A stretch of 64,000 nt of DNA from assembly GCF_035084215.1 (NCBI RefSeq), contig NC_090340.1, positions 3,162,001-3,226,000 of the forward strand. The letters run 5' to 3'. Under the pieces are notes generated by a model. The model had not been told where the DNA came from and searched no databases. It saw only the letters and a list, made by a program, of their open reading frames with translations. Source of the DNA: Heptranchias perlo. Lineage: Eukaryota. The first letter of the stretch is position 1, and every line of letters begins with the position of its first letter. The position numbers were made by a program, and so were the translations under genes. Below are positions 39,766-50,726 of the stretch, piece by piece.

Positions 39766-39784
39766 CTCAAGGGGACACAGCGAA

Positions 39785-40600
39785 GTGTACAAATACAGTC
39801 ATCACCGGGGATTCGATAGACAGGGGGATAGAGAGCTTTTCTGCAACTGTCGACATGAATCTAGGATAGTGTGTTGGCTTCTTGGTGCCAGCTTAAAGGA
39901 TATCATGGAAAGGATGTAGAACATTCTGCGTGGGGAAAGGGAACAGCCAGAAGTAATAGTCTATTTTGGAACCAATGACATAGGAAGAAAAAGGGTTGAG
40001 GTCCTACAGACAGAGATTCAGGAGCTAAAGGGGAAACTAAAGAGATGGACCTGAAAGATGTTAATGTCTGGAATTCTCCGAGTGCCACGAGCTAGTGAGT
40101 ATAGGAATAGCAACAGAAAGCCCGTTCATGTGGGCTGGATAAATGGTGCGGGAGAGAGGGCTTCGGATTCATGTGGCATTAGGAACCAGTCAGTGGCAGA
40201 AGGGACCTGCACAAGATGGACCGTTTGCACCTGAAGAGTGCTGGCATCAATGTCCTCACAGGGAGGTTAACTAGTGCAGAGGGGAAGGATTTAAATCCTA
40301 GCAGGGGGGGCGGTCACCAGCGGACACAGATTCCATAAAATTGGCAAAAAAGCCGGGGAAGATGAGGAGATTCTTTTTTACTCTATGACTTGTTATGAAC
40401 TGGAATGCAGTGCCTGAAAGGGAGGTGAAAGCAGATTCAATAGCAACTTTCAAAAGGGAAGGAGATATAAGCTTAAAACAGGAACATTTGTCGGTCTGTG
40501 CAGCAAGTGCAAGCGAGTGGGACTAATTAGTCGGACTTTCGGAGAGCCGCCACAGGCACGATGGGACGAATGGCCACATTCAAAGCTGTATGTTCTATGA
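39785..40600 (+). mobile_element. CR1 ORF1 (GDSL/SGNH esterase) remnant followed by a CR1 3' tail
   Basis: GDSIDRGIE..FCNCRHESRIVCWLLGASLKDIMER and D-x-LHL motifs; tail sequence at 40350-40600. Confidence 0.75.
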
Positions 40601-40929
40601 TTTGCACTTAAATTGCAACTATCAGCAGCCTCCAGTAACTGTCTGGAATAAACATATCAACTGCAAAGAACGTGTGAACAAAAGCTTGTCGTGCAACACA
40701 GGCTACTGAAAAAAGAGACATAGAGAAACAAATTTTATTCTAGTGCTGACCTGAGGTAAAAACCGCAACTCCTTTCGTTAAGTTTTGAGAATGTTGCTGG
40801 TTTGCAGATGTTGTACACGAAAATAAGTGAGAAAAATATTCTGTGTCAAAACAAAAATATTTAATTGAATTTGATGAATGGCTTCTGAAGTTCACAAAGC
40901 TCTAATAATCTTTTGAGTGATCTCGAATG

Positions 40930-41450
40930 ATACAAATCATTATTATATGTACGTGCGAGGTTATTGTGCACGGACTGTGAGTGAACTTTACAAAAACTGG
41001 GCTCCCCAGCCTGTAAAGAAGTCGACTGCGATGTTACCTCACTGAAGTACGTCCTCAGTAATGGCAATGGTATGCGATATCTCTTTTTACCTTCCATAAC
41101 GCTTGACGTAGTTCACAACACGGACATCCTCCACAACCTATTCTCGCCGGTGAAATTTATGAATTCTGTTTGTCTTCTGCTAGCCCAGTGTAACTCAGGC
41201 AACCGTTACTGTTCATACCGCATCATCCCTGCAGTGAACCCATTCCCCCCGAAGTTTCGCCATTTCTTATCCTTCTTTTGCTGACAGTTGGTGCCATTAT
41301 ATAACTAATCAAGTGAGTCACTTCCCTATGTTTGCTGAGGACACCCAGCTTTACCAGTCCATGACGGCCACGGCGTATTCTACCTGTTTGGCTGACATGC
41401 TGCCGTGGGTTATCCAGAATTTCATCACCTGAAAAATATGTAAAATTAAT
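40930..41450 (+). mobile_element. Ancient L2-like RT remnant
   Basis: atgtttgctgaggacacccagctttac = MFAEDTQLY, similar to the L2 motif YADDTQLY. Confidence 0.45.
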
Positions 41451-42451
41451 CCCACCCATTTCTTCTCCAACCTGAAAGTCCACATGGTACTCCAATCATC
41501 CTTTTCCTTGGATGTTCAATCCAACTGGAGCACTCTCGCTAATTAGCTTCACCATGAGCTGCATTTGAGAGTTAATTTAGTACATGACATGAACTTTGAG
41601 ACATGCGTCTATTTGTTTAAAAAATGAATGGCAATGCTCTAAGGAGTTTGGGAAAGGCCACATGCAAAGATCTGTATATGTTGATTGAAGCAATACTGTT
41701 TACAACAACATCAACGTTTTAACGTTTTTAGCGTCAGTTTAAATCGTGCGCAAAGTGAGAACGCGCTCCACAGTGGCAGATACATTAGCAGTTAATTGCC
41801 AGGTCATGGTCTATTATAGACGGACTTGGAGCTGTTTCCCTGCGGAATCACGCACCATATGGACTTCACGTAATGCCATGTTTCAATTCACAATATGTAG
41901 CATTATCTCACAACTGTGTGCATTAACCTCCCAGAAAAGCACCAGTAGATCTAAATTGAAATTGTTATTTATCGGTAAGCAACTAACCCAACGTTCCCTC
42001 TGGAAATCACTTCCCCCGCTCCCTCGCTCGGTCGGTCTCTCTCTCCCTTGCCCTCTACTTTCCGTATCTCCTTCCAATGCAAACTCCTTTACCTTGCGCT
42101 GGCATTTCACAGCTTCCTATTCTAAATCGCTTTTCGACCTTTCTTTCGGGGATGTCCTTTTACAATGGTACGTCCTGAACCGCAATGTCGTAAAGAGACT
42201 TCAGTTCTTGATTCCAGATTATTGAAATTTCGACATTGTTTTTTGTCTGTTCGTTCAACAAATCCGTGGTTTGTAAATTTCTTTAGTGAGAGTTGCAGGA
42301 GTGGAACGGAAACCCTGCACGTTGTAGGCGGAACGCACATCCTGCGCAACCACGTTCCTCAGCCGGATGGCATTCAGCATAGATATGTTACAACCTTACA
42401 AGTCAATGTAACAGTTGTCTGATCGGAGTATCTGCAGCGCTCAAGTCAGTT

Positions 42452-42518
42452 ATGGGTTTAGTTCTGGCTCGGAATGCCATGTTTCAGTATTGTGCCACGC
42501 TGGGGATTTTCTGCACAG
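42452..42518 (+). CDS. IgSF receptor gene 2, leader exon (MGLVLARNAMFQYCATLGIFCT; alternative ATG at 42479)
   Basis: Hydrophobic signal-like peptide ending in a phase-1 donor cag|GTATTC, 207 nt before the V exon. Confidence 0.7.
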
Positions 42519-42725
42519 GTATTCGACTGATTTCTCTGGAGCAGAGAATTGTCATCAATTATACACCGTTCATATTTCTCTTTGTTCTGTTTTATTGGTC
42601 ACGTTTTGAATTGGTTCATTTACATTGCGGTATTCTGCTTTTGTCTATGTTGTGTTCTGTTATTAATCGTTGGAGTTATTTTGCGTTTAAAGAAAATATT
42701 GTGCGACTGTATCTATTTCCGACAG

Positions 42726-43037
42726 TTGCCCTGGATGTTTCACGGAAAGTCCCTGAATCTGTGAAGGCGAACACAGGTGAGAATGTAACATTACAGGGCA
42801 ACGTATCTGGATTCCAGAAGATTGAGGATATGAATGTTTACTGGAGTAAGAACGATTCCCAGCAAAACGTAATAATTACGCCTGACAACCGCGTAATATC
42901 TCGTGTTCTACCGAATGGAACATTTTTTCTTCATCTACAGAATGTGAGTTTCCACGACTCTGGAGCCTATCGTTGTAGAGTGAGAGTTGGGAACTCCAAT
43001 TATGTTGATGGATGCGGCACAGAACTAATCGTATGTG
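42726..43037 (+). CDS. IgSF receptor gene 2, germline-joined VJ-type V-set domain exon
   Basis: tttccgacAG acceptor and g|GTAAGC donor, 312 nt, phase 1-1; motifs GENVTL, VYW, FFLHLQNVSFHDSGAYRC and the J-like G-strand GCGTELIV; the canonical first Cys is Gly (GGC 42797-42799). Confidence 0.92.
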
Positions 43038-43784
43038 GTAAGCGGCGTTCCATAAAAACTTAAATGTCGTTCATGTACTGATGACATAAAGGAAGATAAC
43101 AGGATGGCTAGATGGACGGACAGCTAGACATACAGATAGATAGATACGTAGTAGATATACAGATAAAAATATTGTTTAACAGATCTAACGGTTCAAACTC
43201 TAGGAACATTACGCATCTTCCTTAGTAACACTCTATATAGACTTAAAACATCCCAGCTTTTATTTGGTAATTTAAATGAATATTTATACATGAGAGTTCT
43301 CCATGAAAAGTTATAATAAGTAACAAGTTATTTAATTTTCGGGTTTTCCGCTGCTCTTTCGCCGAATTAAAAGCGGATGAGCGGCAGAATCTCCCATAAA
43401 ACTCTCAGCGGACCATCGACAGCACAACACACGCTGGCAATTCGAGTCCGGAGGCAATCTGGCCAAATGATAGGGACGCCCCCCAATAACACACACGCAC
43501 TGAAAACAAATCAATCAAAGGAAGAATGGTAACGGCAATCAACGCAATTTGATCGGTGTGAAAGTCGCCTTAGGCGTCAGCGCAACACGGAGGTCGACAT
43601 CGGCAACTGGTCACTTTCGTGTTGATCACAATTGGTTGGAAAATCGGGCGAGAGATTTTGTGCTTTGGCGCTGCCGCCAAAGGCGGCCCGTGAATGGAAC
43701 TCAATAGGAAAGGAAATCCAGCGGGTCTTTGTCCGTCGAGGGCTGGACTTCACGGAATGATGCTGGTTTTAAATAAATGCACCC

Positions 43785-45067
43785 TCTCGTAAGGGAGCAG
43801 CGATCATAGTATCATAAGGTATAGAATAGCTATGGAAAGGGACTCCGTCTACTCTAAAGTAAAAATACACAATTGGAGGAGGGCCAATTTCAGTGGCATG
43901 AGAACAGATCTGGCTCTGGTAAATAGGAATCATAGATTGGCAGGCAAAACTCTAATTGAACAGTGGGCGGCCTTTAAAGAGGAGGTGATTCAGGTACAGA
44001 CAATGTACATTTCAACGAGGGCGAAAGGTAGGGCAACTAAAGCCAGAGCTCCCTGGATGACAAAGGAGATAGAGAATAAGATGAAGCAGGAAAAAGCAGC
44101 ATATGAAAGGTATCAGGTTGATAACAGAAGTGAGAACCATGCAGAATATAGAAAGTTCAGTGGGGAAGTGAAAAAAGGAAATAAGAGGGGCAAAGAGAGA
44201 GTTTGAGTGTAGACCAGCAACCATCATAAAAGGGAATCCAAAAGTTGTCTGCAGACGTGTTAGCAATAAACGGGTAGTAAGAGGAGGGGTGGGGCCGATT
44301 ATGGACCATAAAGGAAATCTGCTCATGGAGGCAGTGGGCGTGGCCGAGCTACAAAATTAGAACTTTGCATCGTTCCTTACCAAGGACGACGGTACTGCCA
44401 TACTGGATGGGCTAAAAATTGAGAAAGAAAAGATACTAGAAAGGCTAGCTGTACTTAAAATGCATAATTCACCCGGTCCGGATGGGATGCACCCACGGAT
44501 GCTGAGAGAAATAAGGGGAAAATTGTGGAGGTACAGCTCATAATCTTCCAGACATCCTTAGCTACTGGAGTGCTGCCAGAGGACTGGATAATTGCAAATG
44601 TTACACCCTCATTCAAAGAAGTGTGTAAAATTAAACCCAGCAACTATAGGCCAGTCAGTTTAACCTCGGTGGTGGGGAACCTTTTGGAAACGATAACCCG
44701 GGACAGAATTAACACTTACTTGGATGAGTGTGGATTGATTAGGGAAAGCCTGCACGGATTTGTTGAAGGCAAATCGAGTTTAACTAACTTGGTAGAGTTT
44801 TTTGATGAGGTAACAGAGATGATAGATGAGGCCAATGCATTTGATGTGGTGTAAATGGATTTTCCAAAAGCTTTTGATAAAGTGCCACATGGTAGGCTAA
44901 CTATTGAGATTGCGGCCCATGGAATAAAGGGGGCAATCGCAACATGGATAAAGAATTTGCTAAAGGACAGGAAGCAGAGTGTAGTGGTGAGCGGTTGTGT
45001 TTCGGACTGGAAGTTGGTGTACAGTGGTGTTCCTCGGGGGTCGGTGCTGGGAGCATTGCTTTTCTTG

Positions 45068-45098
<31 letters not shown>

Positions 45099-46015
45099 TG
45101 GTTTGAGCATGGGAGTAAAGGGCACAATTTCAAAATTCGAGGATGACTCAAAACTTGGAAGGATAAGGATGAGTGATGAGGATAGCGATAGATTTCAAGA
45201 GGATGTAGAAACTCTAGTGGCATGGGCTGGCACGTGGCAGATGGAGCTTAACGCCGAAAAATGCGAGGTGATGTACTTCTGTCGGAAAAAAATGAGTGGA
45301 AGCAATATAAACTAGAGAGCACAATTCTAAACGGGCTGGAGGAACAGAGGGATTTGGGGGAGCATGTGCATAAATCGTCGAAGTTGGCAGGGCATGTTGA
45401 GAAAGCAGTTAAAAAAGCATACAGGGTTCTGGGCTTTATAAATCGGGGCATAGAGTACAAAAGTATTGAAGTCATGATGAACTTTTATAAAACACTGGTT
45501 CGGCCACAACTGGAGTATTATGTCCAATCCTTCAGAAAGGATTTGAAAGTCTTCGAGAGTGTGCAGAAGAGATGAGGGACATAATTTACGTGGATAGACT
45601 GAAGAGGCTGGGATTTTTCTCCTTGGAACAGAGTTGGTTGAGAGGAGATTTGATAAAGGTGTTCAAAATCATGAAAGAGTGGACAGAGTGGATAGAGAGA
45701 AATGGTTCCTATTGTCGGAAGGTCAAGAACCAAGTGGCGTAGATTTAAGATGATTGGGAAAAGACCGAAAGGTGATACGAGGAAAAACTTTTTTACACAG
45801 CGAGTGGTTAGGATCTGGAATGCACTGCCGGAGGGAATGGTGGAGGCAGATTCAATCATGGCCTTCACAAGGGAACAGGATAAGTACCTGAAACGCAAAA
45901 AAATGTGCAGGGTTACGGGGATAGGGCGGGGCAGTGGGACTGGCTGGATTGCTCATGCATAGAATAGGCGTAGATCCGATGGGCCGAATGGCCTCCTTCC
46001 GTGCTGTAATCTTCT
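43785..46015 (+). mobile_element. Decayed CR1 LINE in intron 2 of gene 2, with a (TA)n expansion at about 45067-45094
   Basis: ORFs 43832-44206, 44525-44854 (NYRPVSLTSVVG), 44855-45106 (DFPKAFDKVPH..GVPRGSVLG) and 45702-45962. Confidence 0.9.
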
Positions 46016-46744
46016 TTAAATCTCCGACGGACTGTATAATGTAAGGCTATTTTCGGAAGTGTTTTGCACCCCACTTAAAACCGTTAATTCGTCTTTTGGT
46101 GAATGAAATCATAAATGTTCTCATATGAGTACATTTATAACATGCCGCCAGGGTCCAAACCTGAAATTGCACGTGATCCGTCTGTTCTTGAAACCGCCCG
46201 AATTTACTTTCCATTGAAATCAAATCGAACCATTTTCCAGTTAGGCCCAGGGTATATATATAAATCCTCTCCGTGAGATGCTTCTCCTCAAGACTAACTG
46301 CTCTCAGCTGGTGTTGGCCTTTCGCTTACCCAAGTAAACATTTTTTTAGCGGTAATTGTGAAGGACCACCTGATATTCCGATGGGTTCCCCTGGTCACTT
46401 CGGGCAATTTCGGACAGAGACGTGCGGAACCGGAGCAAAACGGATACTTTGGGATTTCTATTGGATTCCCGCAGATACTGCGCAGCCTCGTGGAATTTCA
46501 AGCCCTGACGACAATGATAATGGGGGAATTGAACTAACTTGGTCTAAATTGTGACAACTTGAAGAGGGACAATATCGACATTTGTAGAGCAGACAAAATG
46601 AGGAATGTTGTTTACTGTGTAGGAGACTCTACACAACTTCAAGATAATACAAATAGGTTGCAATGTTGTTTAGAATCAAATCCGTTTAAAATGGATATAT
46701 ATGAGTTAATGCTTTTGGGAAGGAGGAATGAGATCGAATGTAAC

Positions 46745-47160
46745 AGTTACTGCGGGGTCGTAGTTATCTTAGTTTCTCGTAATCCAGATGTGTCGACTAA
46801 TAATCCAGAGAATACGAGTTCTAATCACACTTTAGCAGTTTGAAAATATGGGTTCAGTTTTAAAAATATGGAAATAAGAAGCTGGTGTGAGTGGATTGTC
46901 GTAAAACCTTACTGTTGCACGAAAGTGCCTTAGGGAATGAAATCTGCCATCCTTACTCGGTCTGGCCAATATGTGATTGCAATCCCACACTAACGTGGTT
47001 GACTCTCAATTGCCCTCTGAAGTAGATTAGAAAGACAACGAGTTGTATGAAACCGCTACAAAGGTGGGCCACAAACACAGTGTCCGGGTAATTGTGGATG
47101 GCCAATAAATGATGGCCCTGCTGGTGATGTGCACATCCCGAGAACGAATTAAAAATAAAT
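46745..47160 (+). mobile_element. Diverged copy of the tRNA-headed bipartite SINE
   Basis: gtaatccag..gagttctaatc head, gattgtcgtaaaa..gaaatctgccatccttac body, caataaatg..cacatcccgagaacgaattaaaaa tail. Confidence 0.65.
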
Positions 47161-48276
47161 CATAGCCAAAAATAATTAATGAATTAAAGAGCAGGTCGAT
47201 TTAGGAGTTTGGGTTCGCAATTTTAAAAGATGGCAAGAGGAATAGGCAACGTTTTAACAACAATCAAATTGAATCGACTCCAGCGGAGAGTCTCCTGGTC
47301 CATCGCCGTAACTCTGGCTGGAGACTGGCTCAAGCCCTGGAGAAACGGTCTCCATGTCAAGAACCGGCCTGTTATACCGTGTCCTGCGCGAAACGGATCA
47401 TAGCGCCGGCCGAATTTTACGGCCCTAGGTTTTATATAATGGAGCTTACGGATCAAAGTCAATGATATTGCAAAACCTATACAAATCACTGGGCAGAATC
47501 CAGTTAGACAACAGTATACAGATTTCGGGGCATTACTTTGGGAAAAATGTCAAGGACACTGAGAGGATTCACTAACTTGGGATGAAGGCTGAGACGGTTT
47601 AGTTATGACAACAGACGACAGAAATTTGAACTTTATTCCCGAAATCAGTGAAAGTTAAGGGATCTGATTGAAAGTCACCAGATGTCGATGCCGCAGGATT
47701 TCAGTGCCATTATTTTCCAGGGCGGCTTGGTCATTAATTGGGCTCATTTGGAAATCAGCGAGATGCTGTAAAGGGAGCACAGTTCAATTGGTATTCCAGA
47801 GGGTAAAATCGAACACGCAGAAGAGCTTTTCTCATTCGAACATGTATTTTGGACCATGCGATATTTTATTTGGAGTGAAGATTCTTTAACAGCTGAAGGA
47901 AAGCTCCTTCTCCAATCAAAACCACACTTTCTTACAAGCCCACAAAATCGATTTTAAACATCAAGCAAATCTAGTTGTGTTCTGTGAAAGTTTTGAGCAG
48001 GGAATTAACTACGCAGCAGAAGCTTTTTTTTGTCTAACCGACATTTTATTTATAAAATAGCATGAACCCATGAACCGTAGCTTGCGAATGATAATTGTTG
48101 CTTTAACATATTGACAATACAAACTTCAACTGTATTTAATGACCGTTTTAATGTGATCCTACCTGACCGTGGCCCTATTTCAAATCATTGTTGATTTATT
48201 TACTGCTGTTTGGTTCTCAGTCCACATTGGTTGACAATTAAATTCACAATAACATTTGATTATATTTTATCAACAG

Positions 48277-48570
48277 TTCCTCCGACGCCTTTGCAGATTT
48301 CCCCCACTGTGTCATCGACTGCTTTGACTCTTGTGTGTAAAACAGCTGCGTTTTTCCCGGAAAAGCTGAACATTAGTTGGTATAAAAATGGATCCGAAAT
48401 TCTGAGCGGTATGGAACCAATCAAAGACCAGAACCTAGCGGGACTGTATGAAGTTTCCAGTTATCTCACTGAAACAGGTCCGTTGCAGAGTGGAACTAAT
48501 TACACCTGTCAGGTATCACACGTCTCTCTCCAGACTGGAGCCAGTGTTCATTACATTTCTCAAATTTCAG
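48277..48570 (+). CDS. IgSF receptor gene 2, C1-set domain exon
   Basis: tttatcaacAG acceptor and cag|GTAAAT donor, 294 nt, phase 1-1; C1 hallmarks LVCKTAAFFPEKLNISWYKNG, GLYEVSSYL and YTCQVSHVSL. Confidence 0.93.
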
Positions 48571-50726
48571 GTAAATTTTCAAGTTTAAAAACAGCTATGT
48601 ATAATTCCAATATGCAGAAAAAAATGTTTCAGAAGAGTTTGCCGATTTTCTCCGCCTTTCATGAAATTGATGATTTTGCTGTGATCCGTCTCCACAGACT
48701 GTTGGACCCATTTTTTGCTTCGTGAGTTGCTACTCTTAATGTGAGATCCGAAAGAGTTTCGGGAGAACTTTATACCAATAGCCAAATCTATCTCCACCCT
48801 TCAGTTTTCAGCAAGGACATTTGTACATGATCTGAAGAAAGGCACGTGTTTTATTGTCCTTTTCCCCAGTCCAGGTGGAGGTCGGTTTTCCCGCCCCAAT
48901 AAATTGATGAGCACTTACCGGAAATGCACCAACCTGAGAATTTCTGACCTATTTGGCCCTTAAATCAAGCGGAAATTCTACACTTTTTTGCACGAAATCA
49001 TTTTCCCCATCCTCCGGGAATTCCAGACATTACCGTCTGGAATTTCGGGGTCGAATTTGGCCTTTTGTCCGAGGTTTGCGGGACTTTCCTACGAGGTTAA
49101 ATGGGGGAGAACACGACAACAATGAGCGAAAATTCTGCCCTTATGTATTCAGACCTTTGCCGGATGCTGTCTTCACCGACCAGGCCTTGCATGAATCTAC
49201 GTTTATCAGTTAAATCCATCGGTATAACGGCAGCATTCTATAAGGCTGGTAACAGATTTATTTCTTTATATAAATTTCATTATTGTGCGAAATGAGGTAG
49301 AAGTTTTGGTTGCATCGAAACATTTCCTTAAATGTCAGTCAATCATATCTCAGAATTACAGCATTTCAATCAAATTCTTTTGTAAAGAAAATGTATTAGC
49401 CGCACTCATATTTTGGGAGATATCTTGATTCTCCCCGCTTCAAGTTTATTGGAGTACGCAATTCCAAATATGCCCGTTAATGGACACTTCCGTTATCAAT
49501 ACATTTACTTAAGCTCGCGGGAATATACCGTCAGAAGCCTGAAATCTTTCACCGTCACTGATACAAGTCGAAACGATATAAATTAAGCAGATAGGATAAA
49601 GAAAAGTTATGACTAACAGTGATTGGGAACATAGAAACAATGGAAGTCGCCCATTCAGCCCCTCGAGCCTGTTTCGCCATTAATTGTTTTCATGGTTGAT
49701 CTGTATCCGAACTCCAACCACCCGCCTTGGCTCTATATCCCTTAATACCCTTGGCTAACACTAATCTATCGCTGTCAGATTTAAAGTTATTAATTGAGCT
49801 CGCATCTACCGCTTTTTGTGGGAGTTCCACACTTCCACCACCCTTTTCGTGAAGAAGTGTTCCCTAACTTCTATCCCGAATGAAGTGGCTCTGATTTTAA
49901 GGCTATGTTCCCTTTTCTAGACTCCACCATCAGCGGAAATGTTTATTTCTATCTATCCTATCAATTCCTTTCAAAATCATAAAAACCTTAATGAAACAAT
50001 TACTTAACCTTCCATATTCCAGGAAATACAAGGCTAGTTTATGCAATCTCTGCTCATAATAATATAACTTAAAGCTCTGGTAACATTCTTGTGAGTTTGC
50101 TCTGCACTCCTTCCAAGACCAATGTATCCTATTCAATGTGCAGTGCCCAGAAGTGAACACAGTCGTCCAGATGCGGTTTAACCAGGCTTTCTATAGCTGT
50201 AGCAAAACTTCCTCCGCTCCACATTCTCGCTCTCTCGTAATAAAGGCTAACGTTGCATTAGCCCTTTTGATTATTTTTTGACCTGTCTAAAACTTTACAA
50301 TTATCACTTTTTAAGGACTCTTAAATCTCCTTAGACCTCCATTGTTCGTAGATTGTCACCGTTTAAAAAATATTCGTATCTATCTTTGTCGGTCCAAAGT
50401 GGTTGATCTCAACCTTGATTGCATTGAAATCGATTTGCCAAAGTTATCTAAGTCATTAATCAATATAATAATTAGTTGAGGCCCCAGCACAGATCCTTTT
50501 GAGACAACACCAGTGACTTCCTCCAAATTGGAGTGCATAGCCATTATCCTTACTTTCTGTCTTCTACCACCTAACCAATCTCCAAAACAGGTTAATAATG
50601 TGCCTTCAATTCCTTGAGCTTTCATTTCAGCTCGCATTCCCTGAAATGCAACCTTATCAAATGCTTTATGGACGTCCATATAAACTTCATCCGTGGACAT
50701 ACTTTAGTTCATTGCTCACAAAATTA

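Noticed and set aside
39259-39819. 186-aa proline-rich ORF
   Set aside because: Translation of a C/T-rich low-complexity repeat.
41769-41810. V(D)J recombination signal (CACAGTG) upstream of the V exon; also near 4385 and 47076
   Set aside because: No ACAAAAACC-like nonamer at 12 or 23 nt spacing and not adjacent to a coding segment; the V exon is already J-joined.
42452-48570. Calling the gene an Ig light chain, TCR or IgNAR
   Set aside because: No RSS or separate J segments; it has an uncharged TM exon and, in the paralogue, an ITIM tail. No gene symbol can be assigned without phylogeny.
43335-49140. Short imperfect palindromes (e.g. 43335-43725, 46170-46505, 48745-49140; also 4697-4850, 15910-16165, 17925-18110) as structured ncRNAs
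   Set aside because: Their ends resemble decayed MITE or Harbinger-type inverted repeats; boundaries are too uncertain to annotate and nothing supports RNA function.
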